The position numbers were made by a program, and so were the translations under genes. This document shows positions 32,940-42,404 of a DNA stretch of 64,000 bases, one piece after another. Position 1 is the stretch's first letter. Each line of letters starts with the position of its first letter. The notes below the pieces were generated by a model. The model was not told the origin of the DNA. It saw only the letters and a program-made list of their open reading frames with translations, and did no database searches. The stretch is from contig CACZZL010000008.1 in assembly GCA_902785605.1 (NCBI GenBank), positions 8,538 to 72,537 of the forward strand, written 5' to 3'. This DNA is from an uncultured Bacteroidales bacterium (GTDB lineage: Bacteria; Bacteroidota; Bacteroidia; Bacteroidales; Paludibacteraceae).

Positions 32940-32971
32940 TTGCATATATCAGAAAAAAGCAGTAACTTTGC
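32940..32971 (+). promoter_or_regulatory. sigma-A promoter driving only a 47-codon ORF
   Basis: CTTGCATATATCAGAAAAAAGCAGTAACTTTGCA. TTG at 32940-32942 and TAACTTTG at 32963-32970. Confidence 0.65.
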
Positions 32972-32987
32972 ACAAAATTTAATCGTT

Positions 32988-33131
32988 ATGGACGCTGTAG
33001 GTGGAATTCTTCTTGTTTGTTTTGCTTTAGGATGGATTGTATTGTCATTCCATTATTCTATTGAATATTGGCAGGAATATAACTGGGCGAGGGGAATATT
33101 TATCTTTATATTCCATTACAGGGCAATCTGA
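32988..33131 (+). CDS. candidate 47-aa hydrophobic peptide
   Basis: MDAVGGILLVCFALGWIVLSFHYSIEYWQEYNWARGIFIFIFHYRAI. It starts 18 nt after the -7 box and has two hydrophobic stretches. Confidence 0.3.
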   Translation: MDAVGGILLVCFALGWIVLSFHYSIEYWQEYNWARGIFIFIFHYRAI

Positions 33132-33410
33132 TTGCCCGCTCATGGCTGTCCACTTTTTGGCGCTTCCTCGCCAAACTCTCTCATCCGAGACGCTCCCTGC
33201 GCCTCGGATTTTTTCGTATGTCCATTCTCCGGCATTGTAAGCCGATCGGTCTCGTTTAGCAGTCTATCAATAAATTTTTGCATGGCGATATTGACGTTTT
33301 TGGCGATATCGCCAATATCGCCACTCTCGCCAGTGCATTTTTTCTTTCTGACATCTGACCTATGATATCTATAGTATTATATACGTAGTATATAATACAG
33401 AGCGTTCAAC

Positions 33411-33454
33411 CGTTAGTTGTTCTTAGTCATTCTTAGTTATTCTTAATCATTCTC
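33411..33454. repeat. 10-nt tandem repeat x4 (TCTTAGTCAT family)
   Basis: cgttagttgt tcttagtcat tcttagttat tcttaatcat tctc. An 11-bp-arm palindrome GTATTATATAC-GTA-GTATATAATAC sits just upstream at 33374-33398. Confidence 0.8.
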
Positions 33455-33776
33455 GAACCCTTTTCGGACTCTTCTCGAACTAATCCTAGACTTTAGTCGC
33501 TCCATTGTCCTAAAAACTTTCTTCTAATGTGCCGTTGTCTCTCACACTCGCCTTGGCGGCATGTACTCAATTAAAAGCGTTGCGGAGCGTGTTGGGGACG
33601 CGGAGCACGAGTCGGGGCAGACGTCTTTTAATGAGTAGCATCCGCCACATCACATGTTATCTGCATGGTCTAAAGCTTTCTATCATCGCAAAGTTTCACT
33701 TTGCCCGTAAAAATGCCTAAAACCGTCTTTTCTTACTGCGTTCAAACGATTAATTTTAATAAAAATATTAAAACCC

Positions 33777-33808
33777 TTGCATATGTCAGAAAAAAGTAGT
33801 AAATTCGG
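33777..33808 (+). promoter_or_regulatory. orphan promoter-like element with no ORF downstream
   Basis: CTTGCATATGTCAGAAAAAAGTAGTAAATTCGG. It has the same extended grammar as the other promoters, but the -7 is TAAATTCG. Confidence 0.4.
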
Positions 33809-34055
33809 CACGCCCCTTCCCATTCGGGGTGGGTTCTCCGCCGCTTCGCTCTGTCGATTAGTGCTAAAGCAATTCTCCCTCCGAATTTATGTTCGCATTG
33901 TGCAGCAAATACACAAATTATCAGGATGCTTTTTGCCGACGAACAGCGTCTTGTTTTTGTTCGCCTATCGGTCATTATATGCCAGCATATATGCCCCATA
34001 GACGACCTAAAAACATAGAATTTTATTCTATTTGGCAAAAAAGCACCCTAAAAAT

Positions 34056-34087
34056 TTGCGTATTTGCAAAATTTGTAGTAAATTTGC
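34056..34087 (+). promoter_or_regulatory. sigma-A promoter of the EEP-DUF4290-prs-QC-sufCD unit
   Basis: TTG at 34056-34058 and TAAATTTG at 34079-34086. Confidence 0.65.
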
Positions 34088-34129
34088 ACCCGATTTTGAA
34101 ATATGCTTATCGCAAAAACAAAATATTCT

Positions 34130-35212
34130 ATGAAACGCACACTGTTGATGGTGGCAGCTATGCTGCTGGTTTTTAGCGCAAACATGAGCGCGAAGAACAA
34201 CAAAAAAGAGGCGGGCGAAGATGTCTATGTTCGCTGTATCGCTTTCTATAACCTCGAGAACCTCTTCGACACAATCCATGACGAAGGAAAGAATGACTAC
34301 GAGTATCTGCCTGACGGTGGTATGAAATGGACCTCGTTTAAATACGAGAACAAGATCAAGAACATGGCCTATGCTGTGGCGCAGCTCGGTACAGACTACG
34401 ACCCGCGTGGTGCTGTCTGCGTCGGTGTGGCTGAGGTGGAGAACATCGGTTGCTTGTATGACCTTTGCGCAGAGACCAACAAGACCTACGGTCGCCGTTA
34501 CAAACCGATTCTGATTGAAGGTCCGGACCGCCGTGGTGTGGATGTGGGTCTGCTGTATGACACCGTTCTGTTCAAACCGTCCAAGGTGAACGGTTTCGAA
34601 CTCAAGGCACATTATGCCGACGGAGGTGAGATCAAGACCCGTCTCCAACTCTGTGTCTCGGGTTACCTCATGGAGGACGGCAAACCGGAGAAGATTCATA
34701 TGATCGTCAACCACTGGCCGAGCCGTTATGGCGGTGAACTCTCTTCTCGTCCGGGACGTGATACGGCTGCGATGCTGTCAATGCATATCTGTGACTCCAT
34801 TCGCATGAAAGAGCCGCAGGCGAAGATCATTATCATGGGTGACTTGAACGATGATCCGGATAACCACAGTTGCAAGGACGTGCTCCAGGCACGCAAGAAA
34901 CCGAAACAGGTAGAGAAGGGCGGATACTACAACACCATGTGGATTCACCTTTCCAACGGAACCGGTACGCTGTTCTACAACGGCGGATGGAACCTGTTCG
35001 ACCAGATCATCATCACCGAGTCTCTGCTCAACGAGAAAAAAGACAGCGGTAAGTGGGCGTACTGGAAATCGCAGGTGTTCAACAAACCGTTCCTCACCGT
35101 GCAGGAAGGTAAGGACAAAGGTGCGCCGCTGCGTACACATAAAGCAGGTGTTTGGCAGAACGGATACGGAGACCACTTCCCGACCATGATTTATCTCATT
35201 CGCAAAAAGTAA
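34130..35212 (+). CDS. secreted endonuclease/exonuclease/phosphatase family protein
   Basis: ATG 34130 (MKRTLLMVAAMLLVFSANMSA). FYNLENLFD, IIIMGDLNDDP and GYGDHFP are EEP motifs. Confidence 0.75.
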   Translation: MKRTLLMVAAMLLVFSANMSAKNNKKEAGEDVYVRCIAFYNLENLFDTIHDEGKNDYEYLPDGGMKWTSFKYENKIKNMAYAVAQLGTDYDPRGAVCVGVAEVENIGCLYDLCAETNKTYGRRYKPILIEGPDRRGVDVGLLYDTVLFKPSKVNGFELKAHYADGGEIKTRLQLCVSGYLMEDGKPEKIHMIVNHWPSRYGGELSSRPGRDTAAMLSMHICDSIRMKEPQAKIIIMGDLNDDPDNHSCKDVLQARKKPKQVEKGGYYNTMWIHLSNGTGTLFYNGGWNLFDQIIITESLLNEKKDSGKWAYWKSQVFNKPFLTVQEGKDKGAPLRTHKAGVWQNGYGDHFPTMIYLIRKK

Positions 35213-35218
35213 GACATC

Positions 35219-35530
35219 ATGACATTGCAACTCAATCGAAATACCGCTCCCATTCGCATGCGCAACTACGGTCGTATTGTGCAGGATATGATTGCGCATG
35301 CAGCGAAGATGGAGCCGGGTCTGGAACGTGACTCGCTGGAGGTATATATCGCACAATGTATGCGCCAGCGTAACTTGGTGTGGAACCGGGATCAGGAAGC
35401 TGGTATCAACCGGGTTAAGGAGGATATCATCCGTCTCTCGGACGGTAAGTTGACCTGCAGTTCGCCTGCATTCGAGCGTCTGTTGGCGCAGCCGAATGCA
35501 CAGATGGGACAGAAAAGAAAGAAAAAATAA
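35219..35530 (+). CDS. DUF4290-like protein
   Basis: 103 aa. NTAPIRMRNYGRIVQDMIAHA ... YIAQCMRQRNLVWNRDQ is a family-typical Bacteroidota small protein. This is a memory-based call. Confidence 0.6.
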   Translation: MTLQLNRNTAPIRMRNYGRIVQDMIAHAAKMEPGLERDSLEVYIAQCMRQRNLVWNRDQEAGINRVKEDIIRLSDGKLTCSSPAFERLLAQPNAQMGQKRKKK

Positions 35531-35541
35531 TCGTGTTAACG

Positions 35542-36501
35542 ATGGAAACAATGAATCAGTACAAAGTGTTCGCCGGCTCTAAAGGCGAAGCATTAGCACA
35601 ACGCGTCTGCGATGAGTTGGGCTGCCAGTTGGGTAAAGTGCATGTGGACCGCTTCTCGGACGGTGAGTTCTGTACCTATTTCGAAGAGTCCGTTCGCGGA
35701 CAATCGGTTTATCTGGTACAATCAACCTGCCCGTCCAGCGACAATCTGATGGAGCTGCTCCTAATGATCGATGCCGCCAAACGTGCGAGCGCGTACAAAG
35801 TGATCGCTGTCATTCCGTATTTCGGATGGGCGCGTCAGGACCGCAAGGACAAACCGCGTGTCTCGATTGGTGCCAAGTTGGTGGCGAACATGTTGCAGAC
35901 AGCCGGCGCAGACCGTGTCATCACCGTTGATCTGCATGCGGACCAGATTCAGGGCTTCTTCGATATCCCGGTCGATCATATCTACGGTTCCAATGTGCTG
36001 GCTCCTTATGTGGCAGCACTCAACCTCAAGAAACTGATTGTTGCTTCTCCTGATGTCGGCGGTTCCAAACGCGCCTCTAACTTCGCCAAGAAACTGCACG
36101 TCATGACCGACCGCGAAGTGCCGATGGTCATCTGCTACAAGAACCGTCCTGACTTTAACAAAGTGTCTGAGATTCGTGTCCTCGGTGACGTGTATGGCAA
36201 GGATGTGGTCATCTTCGACGACATGGCCGACACCGCCGGAACACTCTGCAAAGCAGCCGAAGTGATGAAAGAGGGTGGTGCCAAATCCGTACGCGCCGTA
36301 GTGACACACGGTGTGCTCAGCGGAAACGCTTGTCAGCGCATTGAAGAGTCGTCGCTCGAAGAACTCATCTGCACGGACTCCCTGCCGATTGACCCGAATT
36401 GCTGCTCCAAACTGCATATCGAGTCTCTGGCACTCTCTATCGCACATACTATCCGAGCTATCCAAAACCACACATCCGTCAGCGAAACCAATATCAAATA
36501 A
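35542..36501 (+). CDS. prs: ribose-phosphate pyrophosphokinase
   Basis: FSDGEF, RQDRK and DLHADQIQGFF motifs, plus PRPP loop VVIFDDMADTAGT. The start is uncertain (GTG 35533, ATG 35542 or ATG 35551). Confidence 0.9.
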   Translation: METMNQYKVFAGSKGEALAQRVCDELGCQLGKVHVDRFSDGEFCTYFEESVRGQSVYLVQSTCPSSDNLMELLLMIDAAKRASAYKVIAVIPYFGWARQDRKDKPRVSIGAKLVANMLQTAGADRVITVDLHADQIQGFFDIPVDHIYGSNVLAPYVAALNLKKLIVASPDVGGSKRASNFAKKLHVMTDREVPMVICYKNRPDFNKVSEIRVLGDVYGKDVVIFDDMADTAGTLCKAAEVMKEGGAKSVRAVVTHGVLSGNACQRIEESSLEELICTDSLPIDPNCCSKLHIESLALSIAHTIRAIQNHTSVSETNIK

Positions 36502-37478
36502 TGAGAAAAAATCTTTTTCTGGGTTTCCTAGGTGTCCTAGGATTCCTAGGTGTCCTAGTATCTTGTAATAAAAAAACTACAGCGGTAGATCGACCGGCCT
36601 TCAGCGCCGACTCTGCATATGCCTATATAGAGAAACAGATGGCGTTTGGTCCGCGTGTGCCGAACAGTGTGGCACATACGCAATGTGCCGTTTGGCTCAT
36701 TGAGCAACTCCGTGCCTGCGGTGCGGAAGTGGAACTGCAGAAAGGGTTCATGCCTGACTATCGCGGTAACAACCAGCAGATTTATAACATCATCGGTCAT
36801 TTTGGCACGCAGGCAGTAGTTGCGCGCCCGCGTATATTATTAGGTGCACACTACGACACCCGTCCCTGGTGCGATGAAGAACCCGATTACGAGAATCGGT
36901 TTTACAACGTCCCGGGTGCCAATGATGGCGCGTCCGGAGTAGCTGTTCTTCTGGAGATCGCCCGCCAACTCGGCTTGCGCGATAGTCTGTCCACACCTGT
37001 GGATATCATCTTCTTCGATTGCGAGGATTCGGGTTCGCCGAAGATGTACACAGGGGCAGAGCGTGAAGACACTTGGTGTCTCGGTTCCCAACTGTGGGCA
37101 ACCAACTACGCCAAGAAACAGCCGACGATCCATTACCAATACGGAATGGTGCTCGATATGGTGGGTGCACCCGATGCCGTCTTCCCCTTGGAGATGTACT
37201 CGACCCAGTACGCGGAGAACTACCAGCAGAAGATCTGGCGTTCGGCGCAGAAGTTGGGACATGGCGCTAAGTTCTCCAGCGAACGCTCGTACCCGATCAC
37301 CGATGACCACTATTACATCAACGAGATAGCCGGTATCCCCTGTGTGGATATCATCCACTACGACATGCGCAACGCAACGGGTTTCCCCTTCTGGTGGCAT
37401 ACACGGCAGGATAATATGGACAATATCTCTAAATCCACTTTGCAAGCTGTTGGCGAAGTGGTAATGTCTCAACTATGA
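36501..37478 (+). CDS. lipoprotein glutaminyl-peptide cyclotransferase (M28-fold)
   Basis: MRKNLFLGFLGVLGFLGVLVSC lipobox. M28/QC text (GAHYDTRPWCDE, GANDGASGVAVLLE, FFDCEDSG). TAATG junction with prs and ATGA overlap with sufC. Confidence 0.75.
   Translation: MRKNLFLGFLGVLGFLGVLVSCNKKTTAVDRPAFSADSAYAYIEKQMAFGPRVPNSVAHTQCAVWLIEQLRACGAEVELQKGFMPDYRGNNQQIYNIIGHFGTQAVVARPRILLGAHYDTRPWCDEEPDYENRFYNVPGANDGASGVAVLLEIARQLGLRDSLSTPVDIIFFDCEDSGSPKMYTGAEREDTWCLGSQLWATNYAKKQPTIHYQYGMVLDMVGAPDAVFPLEMYSTQYAENYQQKIWRSAQKLGHGAKFSSERSYPITDDHYYINEIAGIPCVDIIHYDMRNATGFPFWWHTRQDNMDNISKSTLQAVGEVVMSQL
36526..36561. repeat. 9-nt tandem repeat x4 encoding the signal-peptide h-region
   Basis: tcctaggtg tcctaggat tcctaggtg tcctagtat, encoding LGVLGFLGVLV. 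Confidence 0.9.
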
Positions 37479-38218
37479 AACCATTATTAGTCATAAAAGA
37501 TCTGCACGCCTCGATAGGCGGCAAAGAGATACTCAAAGGGGTTAACCTCGTCATCAACGAAGGCGAGGTGCACGCGATCATGGGACCGAACGGAGCCGGT
37601 AAATCGACGCTCTCCGCGGTGCTCACCGGAAACCCAGCCTACGAAGTGACGAGCGGAGAAGTGTATCTGCGCGGACAGAACCTGCTGACGATGGAGCCCG
37701 AAGTGCGCGCACGCGCAGGCGTGTTCCTTAGTTTTCAATATCCCGTCGAGATTCCCGGTGTAAGCATGACCAATTTTATGCGTACCGCTTTGAACGAAAA
37801 ACGGGCGTACGAAGGAAAGGAACCGCTCTCGGCCAAGGAGTTCCTTGCGCTCATGCGCGAGAAGAAACGGATGCTCGAACTGCCGGACAAACTGAACAAC
37901 CGTTCGGTCAACGAAGGCTTCTCGGGCGGTGAGAAGAAGAAGAACGAGATCTTCCAGATGGCGATGCTCGAACCGTGCCTGGCTATTCTTGACGAGACCG
38001 ATTCAGGTCTCGATATCGATGCGCTGCGTATTGTGGCAGAGGGTGTGAACAAACTCAAGACGCCGCAGAACGCTTCTATCGTCATCACCCACTACCAGCG
38101 TCTGCTCGATTACATCGTGCCTGACTTCGTGCACGTGCTGGCAGACGGTAAGATCGTTAAGACGGGAGACAAGACACTCGCGTTGGAACTGGAAGAGAAA
38201 GGCTATGAGGGTTTCTAA
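37475..38218 (+). CDS. sufC: Fe-S cluster assembly ATPase SufC
   Basis: GPNGAGKST (Walker A). NEGFSGGEKKK (signature). LAILDETDSGLD (Walker B). Confidence 0.9.
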   Translation: MKPLLVIKDLHASIGGKEILKGVNLVINEGEVHAIMGPNGAGKSTLSAVLTGNPAYEVTSGEVYLRGQNLLTMEPEVRARAGVFLSFQYPVEIPGVSMTNFMRTALNEKRAYEGKEPLSAKEFLALMREKKRMLELPDKLNNRSVNEGFSGGEKKKNEIFQMAMLEPCLAILDETDSGLDIDALRIVAEGVNKLKTPQNASIVITHYQRLLDYIVPDFVHVLADGKIVKTGDKTLALELEEKGYEGF

Positions 38219-38849
38219 AGGCGACATATTCGAGCGCGTGTTCATCAACGAACCCGGGGTCAACTTGCTCATTGAGCAAGAGGCCGGTTCCCGCGTGAAG
38301 ATCGTGATTGTGAATCTCGAAATCTCGAAATCTCGAGGTCTCGAGGTCTCAAACAATATCACCATCTCCCAACTCGGTGAAGGCTGCTCCACCGAGATCT
38401 ACGCGCTCGCCTTCCTCCACGGTTCCGACTCCGTCACCACCGAGACGCATGTGACGCACGCTGTCGGCGGAGGCACTTCTGTGCAACTCATTAAGTTTGT
38501 GCTCGATGACAACAGCCGCGGACGATTCATCGGGGACCTCAAGATCGCTCCCGATGCCCAGCAGACCGAGGCGCATCAGACCAACCGTAACCTGCTGCTC
38601 TCCGAAACGGCCGAGATGCGTACGCAGCCGCAACTGGAGATCTATGCCGATGATGTCAAAGCGACACACGGTGCTTCCACCGGACAACTCGACGAGTCGG
38701 CCCTCTTCTACATGCAACAGCGCGGTATCGACAAACAAAAAGCGCGTCAACTGCTCGTTAACGCGTTTATGAAAGAAGTGCTCAATACGATTGGAGATGA
38801 GCGAGTTAGGGAACAATTACTGAACTCTATTGATGGCGTAGTCGAGTAG
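38205..38849 (+). CDS. sufD: SufD-like Fe-S assembly protein, unusually short (214 aa)
   Basis: C-terminal SufD text (NRNLLLSETAEMRTQPQLEIYADDVKATHGASTGQLDESALFYMQQRGI). In-frame 8-mer repeat at 38313-38350. Confidence 0.75.
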   Translation: MRVSKGDIFERVFINEPGVNLLIEQEAGSRVKIVIVNLEISKSRGLEVSNNITISQLGEGCSTEIYALAFLHGSDSVTTETHVTHAVGGGTSVQLIKFVLDDNSRGRFIGDLKIAPDAQQTEAHQTNRNLLLSETAEMRTQPQLEIYADDVKATHGASTGQLDESALFYMQQRGIDKQKARQLLVNAFMKEVLNTIGDERVREQLLNSIDGVVE

Positions 38850-39812
38850 CGCCAGCAGACTCTTCTTCTGTTCACAGTCATGGAACACACTCAGTGCTTC
38901 CGTGGCTTTTTTCTTATATTCCAACATGCGCTGTACGGCATATTCGTCTCCTTTGAATCGCAGCACGAAGGACTTAATCTCTTCGAGCACGCGCGCTTCC
39001 TCTTCTTCCGAATACTCTTTCGCCATTAGCCTTTCGCCCTTCGCCTTTATTGCCTCCGCTTCGGGTTGTGGGGCACGCTCCAGGGCAATGATAAGCGGCA
39101 GGGTCACTTTGCCGTCTCGCAGATCACTCATCGTCGGCTTGCCGATCTCTTCGAGATCGCTGTAATCGAAGATGTCATCTTTGATCTGGAAGCACAGACC
39201 TAATAGGTTGCCGTAGTTACGCAGCGCAGTCCGTTGACGCGGGGTACAACCTGCACTCTCGGCTCCCGCTTCTGCACAGGCTTGGAACAGTTGGGCGGTC
39301 TTTTGGTCAATGACCCGCAGATAACGCGCTTCGTCGATCCACATGCTCTGCCCGACGTGTAACTGTAGGATCTCACCGCTACTAAGGTTACGGGTCATCT
39401 CGGATGCGATCTCCAGAATGCGGATATTGCGTATCTCCGCTATCAGACCAATCACTTTCGCCAGCATATAATCGCCCATCAGCACCGCCACTTTGTTGGT
39501 CCACAGTGCATGAACGGCAGGCTTGCCGCGGCGTGTGTCGGAGTGGTCCACGACATCGTCGTGAATGAGCGTGGCATTGTGCAGCAGGTCCAACGCAACC
39601 GCGGACTTCAAGGTCTTGTCCGTCACCGGATTACAGATCTGCGCACACAGCAGCACCACCAACGGACGCATCTGTTTGCCACGCTGCGCCATGACATAGT
39701 CCAACACCGCTTGTTGCACTTTGTCGTCCGAACGCAAGGTCTCGTGCAGCACTTTCTCGTACCGCTTCCACTCGCCCTCAATAGGTCTTCGTATGTCCGC
39801 TAAACTGGCCAT
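38817..39812 (-). CDS. polyprenyl diphosphate synthase (IspB-like)
   Basis: Start at ATG 39812 (MASLADIRRPIEGE). First DDxxD is LIHDDVVDHSD. Second is FQIKDDIFDY. Confidence 0.85.
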   Translation of the reverse strand: MASLADIRRPIEGEWKRYEKVLHETLRSDDKVQQAVLDYVMAQRGKQMRPLVVLLCAQICNPVTDKTLKSAVALDLLHNATLIHDDVVDHSDTRRGKPAVHALWTNKVAVLMGDYMLAKVIGLIAEIRNIRILEIASEMTRNLSSGEILQLHVGQSMWIDEARYLRVIDQKTAQLFQACAEAGAESAGCTPRQRTALRNYGNLLGLCFQIKDDIFDYSDLEEIGKPTMSDLRDGKVTLPLIIALERAPQPEAEAIKAKGERLMAKEYSEEEEARVLEEIKSFVLRFKGDEYAVQRMLEYKKKATEALSVFHDCEQKKSLLALLDYAINRVQ

Positions 39813-39829
39813 AATCTTCAAATCGGCGA

Positions 39830-39866
39830 CAAAGGTACTACTTTTTTTTGAATTATACAACAAAAA
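39830..39866 (-). promoter_or_regulatory. sigma-A promoter of the polyprenyl synthase gene
   Basis: The minus strand reads TTGTTGTATAATTCAAAAAAAAGTAGTACCTTTGTCG. Confidence 0.6.
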
Positions 39867-39976
39867 TCGCAAAATGTGGACTATTTGCGTCAATTTTTAC
39901 ACACGCGGTTGTGAAATTTTTAGTAATTTTGCACCGTGATAAAACGCGTAAATCATTTAACTTAAAAAATAATCTT

Positions 39977-41395
39977 ATGATGAAGCCTTTCATGGACAAA
40001 GATTTCCTGCTGCAAACTCCGACCGCGCAGGAGCTCTATCACGAGCATGCTGAGCACATGCCGATTATCGATTATCACTGTCACCTTATTCCGCAGATGG
40101 TTGCCGAGAACAAACGTTTTGAGTCGATCGCACAGATTTGGCTCATGGGCGACCACTACAAATGGCGCGCTATGCGTTCCAACGGCGTAGATGAGAAGTA
40201 CTGTACCGGTAAGGATACCACCGATTGGGAGAAGTTTGAGAAATGGGCTGAGACCGTGCCTTATACTTTCCGCAATCCGTTGTACCACTGGACCCATCTG
40301 GAGCTCAAGACCGCTTTCGGTATCGAGGAGCGTCTGAATCCCGAGACCGCACGTGCCATCTATGACAAGTGCAATGACCTCATTGCCAACGATCCCAAGT
40401 TCTGTCCGCGTGGTTTGATGAAGCACTACCACGTAGAGCTCGTTTGTACGACTGATGATCCGGCAGACAGCCTCGAATGGCACAAGATGGTCAAGGAAGA
40501 CCCGACCGCAGAGGTTCGTATGTTGCCTACTTGGCGTCCCGATGCCGGTATGAATATTGAGGCTGCAACCTGGAAAGCATACATCGAGAAACTGGCTAAG
40601 GTAGCCGGCATGGAGATTCGTAACTTCGCTGACCTCGTAGCTGCCTTGCAGAAACGCCATGACTTCTTCGAGTCCATGGGTTGCCGTCTCTCCGACCACG
40701 GTATCGAGGAGTTCTACGACGAGCCGTACACGGACGCAGAGATCAACGCGATCTTCGAGAAAGCACTGGCCGGCAAGGCACTGAGCACACTCGAGATTCG
40801 TCAGTACAAGCACGCTTATCTGCACGCTCAGGCGGAGATGGACTACGCTTCGGGTTGGACCCAGCAATACCACTACGGCGCAATCCGTAATAATAACAGC
40901 AAGATGTTCGCTCAACTCGGCGCAGACACCGGTTTCGACTCCATCGGTGAGTTCACAACCGCGAAAGCCATGAGCCATTTCCTCGATGAGATGAATAGCG
41001 AAGGACATCTGGCTAAGACCATCCTATATAACCTCAACCCGTGTGCCAACGAAGTAATCGCTACGATGCTGGGTAACTTCCAGGACGGCAGTGTACCGGG
41101 TAAGATCCAGTTCGGTTCCGGTTGGTGGTTCCTCGATCAGAAAGACGGAATGGAGAAGCAGATGATGGCGCTTTCGAACCTCGGTCTGTTGAGTCGCATG
41201 GTAGGTATGCTGACCGACAGCCGTTCGTTCCTGAGCTATCCGCGTCATGAGTACTTCCGTCGTACGCTCTGTAACGTCCTCGGCAATGACATCGAGAACG
41301 GTATGATTCCGTACACCGGTTACGAGAAAGCCCGCGTTCAACAGATGGTAGAAGACATCTGCTACAACAACGCGAAGAATTACTTCAAGTTCTAA
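39977..41395 (+). CDS. uxaC: glucuronate isomerase
   Basis: MMKPFMDKDFLLQTPTAQELYHEHAEHMPIIDYHCHL is a classic UxaC N-terminus. Length is about 472 aa. Confidence 0.9.
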   Translation: MMKPFMDKDFLLQTPTAQELYHEHAEHMPIIDYHCHLIPQMVAENKRFESIAQIWLMGDHYKWRAMRSNGVDEKYCTGKDTTDWEKFEKWAETVPYTFRNPLYHWTHLELKTAFGIEERLNPETARAIYDKCNDLIANDPKFCPRGLMKHYHVELVCTTDDPADSLEWHKMVKEDPTAEVRMLPTWRPDAGMNIEAATWKAYIEKLAKVAGMEIRNFADLVAALQKRHDFFESMGCRLSDHGIEEFYDEPYTDAEINAIFEKALAGKALSTLEIRQYKHAYLHAQAEMDYASGWTQQYHYGAIRNNNSKMFAQLGADTGFDSIGEFTTAKAMSHFLDEMNSEGHLAKTILYNLNPCANEVIATMLGNFQDGSVPGKIQFGSGWWFLDQKDGMEKQMMALSNLGLLSRMVGMLTDSRSFLSYPRHEYFRRTLCNVLGNDIENGMIPYTGYEKARVQQMVEDICYNNAKNYFKF

Positions 41396-41442
41396 ATGAT
41401 TATACGCTCCCGTCTGCTGCTCTTTATGGGTGGCAGACGGTG

Positions 41443-42270
41443 ATGGTTAATGAAACGAAGAGAAACATGTTAGGTTTTATTAGCATTCTTATTCTGCTTC
41501 TCATTGTACAAATGTTCCCTTATTGGGTTATTGCGTACGGAGTATCAATGGCACTACTTTGTCCCGTTGCTTTCTTTAGTATCTGGGAACATAATATTGA
41601 TTTTATTCTCGCGTGCGTAGTGCTAAGTATAGCATTTGTTTTTGCTCTTCTGATTATTGCAACCTTTGTTGTTGCCATCATAAAGAAACAATATCGCAAT
41701 GCCGGGAGAATCGTGGGAATAGGTGGATTGTTGATAATTTATACATTTATTGTATTTCTGTTCGCTGGAATGGGGGAAGGGGCATTTGATAATTTTGGGA
41801 AGCGTCATCCTATTCCAGAAGGAATGGAATATGAAGAAACTAATGTTGCAGAAGGGTGGTATTCTTGTTACCGTACTCAGCAAGAATGGGATAGTGTAAT
41901 AAGTGAGCGCAAGTTCCTGCTCACAGGAGGAAATGGAATTTATCGTTATATGGCATATTTACCTCCGATGGATGAAGAAGGAGATATTTATTTGAAAATG
42001 TATGAAGCAACGACTAATCTCCCCTTATCGGAGGTAGTTGTAAAAAATAGGTCTAAGATCCATATTCTCCCTTCTGATACAGCTATAATCTATCAAATGA
42101 AAGAAAATAGTTCGTGGTCAGAGAATATGAGTGAGGCTCTTGTTATAGATGAAGGATCTTGGGGGGATTACTATGCTGCGCGTACTGAATTGTGGTTCCG
42201 GCCTACCAAAGGTGGTGAGGAACGACTTATTTATAGTAAGATATTCCGTATCGATGGTTATTCAAGATAA
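41443..42270 (+). CDS. hypothetical multi-pass membrane protein (AT-rich gene)
   Basis: Four hydrophobic segments in the first 110 aa and no recognisable motif. The composition is visibly AT-rich relative to its neighbours. Confidence 0.5.
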   Translation: MVNETKRNMLGFISILILLLIVQMFPYWVIAYGVSMALLCPVAFFSIWEHNIDFILACVVLSIAFVFALLIIATFVVAIIKKQYRNAGRIVGIGGLLIIYTFIVFLFAGMGEGAFDNFGKRHPIPEGMEYEETNVAEGWYSCYRTQQEWDSVISERKFLLTGGNGIYRYMAYLPPMDEEGDIYLKMYEATTNLPLSEVVVKNRSKIHILPSDTAIIYQMKENSSWSENMSEALVIDEGSWGDYYAARTELWFRPTKGGEERLIYSKIFRIDGYSR

Positions 42271-42404
42271 AATGGGATAATACGTATGTGTAGCAAATGA
42301 AAGCGAAGTGGGTGAATATTGTGTATAGTTTGCAGGGAATGTGGATCAGAGGCATTATGTGAGAGCTACTACCGAGGATTGCTCGGTAATTCGATAGAGA
42401 AGAT

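Noticed and set aside
12641-33512. TTTTCGGACT ... ATCCTAGACTTTA present in the same order at 12641-12703 and 33473-33512, as possible island boundaries (direct repeats)
   Set aside because: The 21 kb between them is mostly core housekeeping genes (hflX, hpt, recG, tonB, ssb and others), so it cannot be one mobile island. The matches are short (10 + 13 nt) and may be chance or a small dispersed intergenic motif.
33815-34050. A defined sRNA gene downstream of the promoter-like element at 33777-33808
   Set aside because: The -7 box is off-consensus (TAAATTCG). I could find only weak hairpins (GACG..CGTC plus a T-rich run) rather than a convincing terminator. It is kept as a low-confidence regulatory feature, not an RNA gene.
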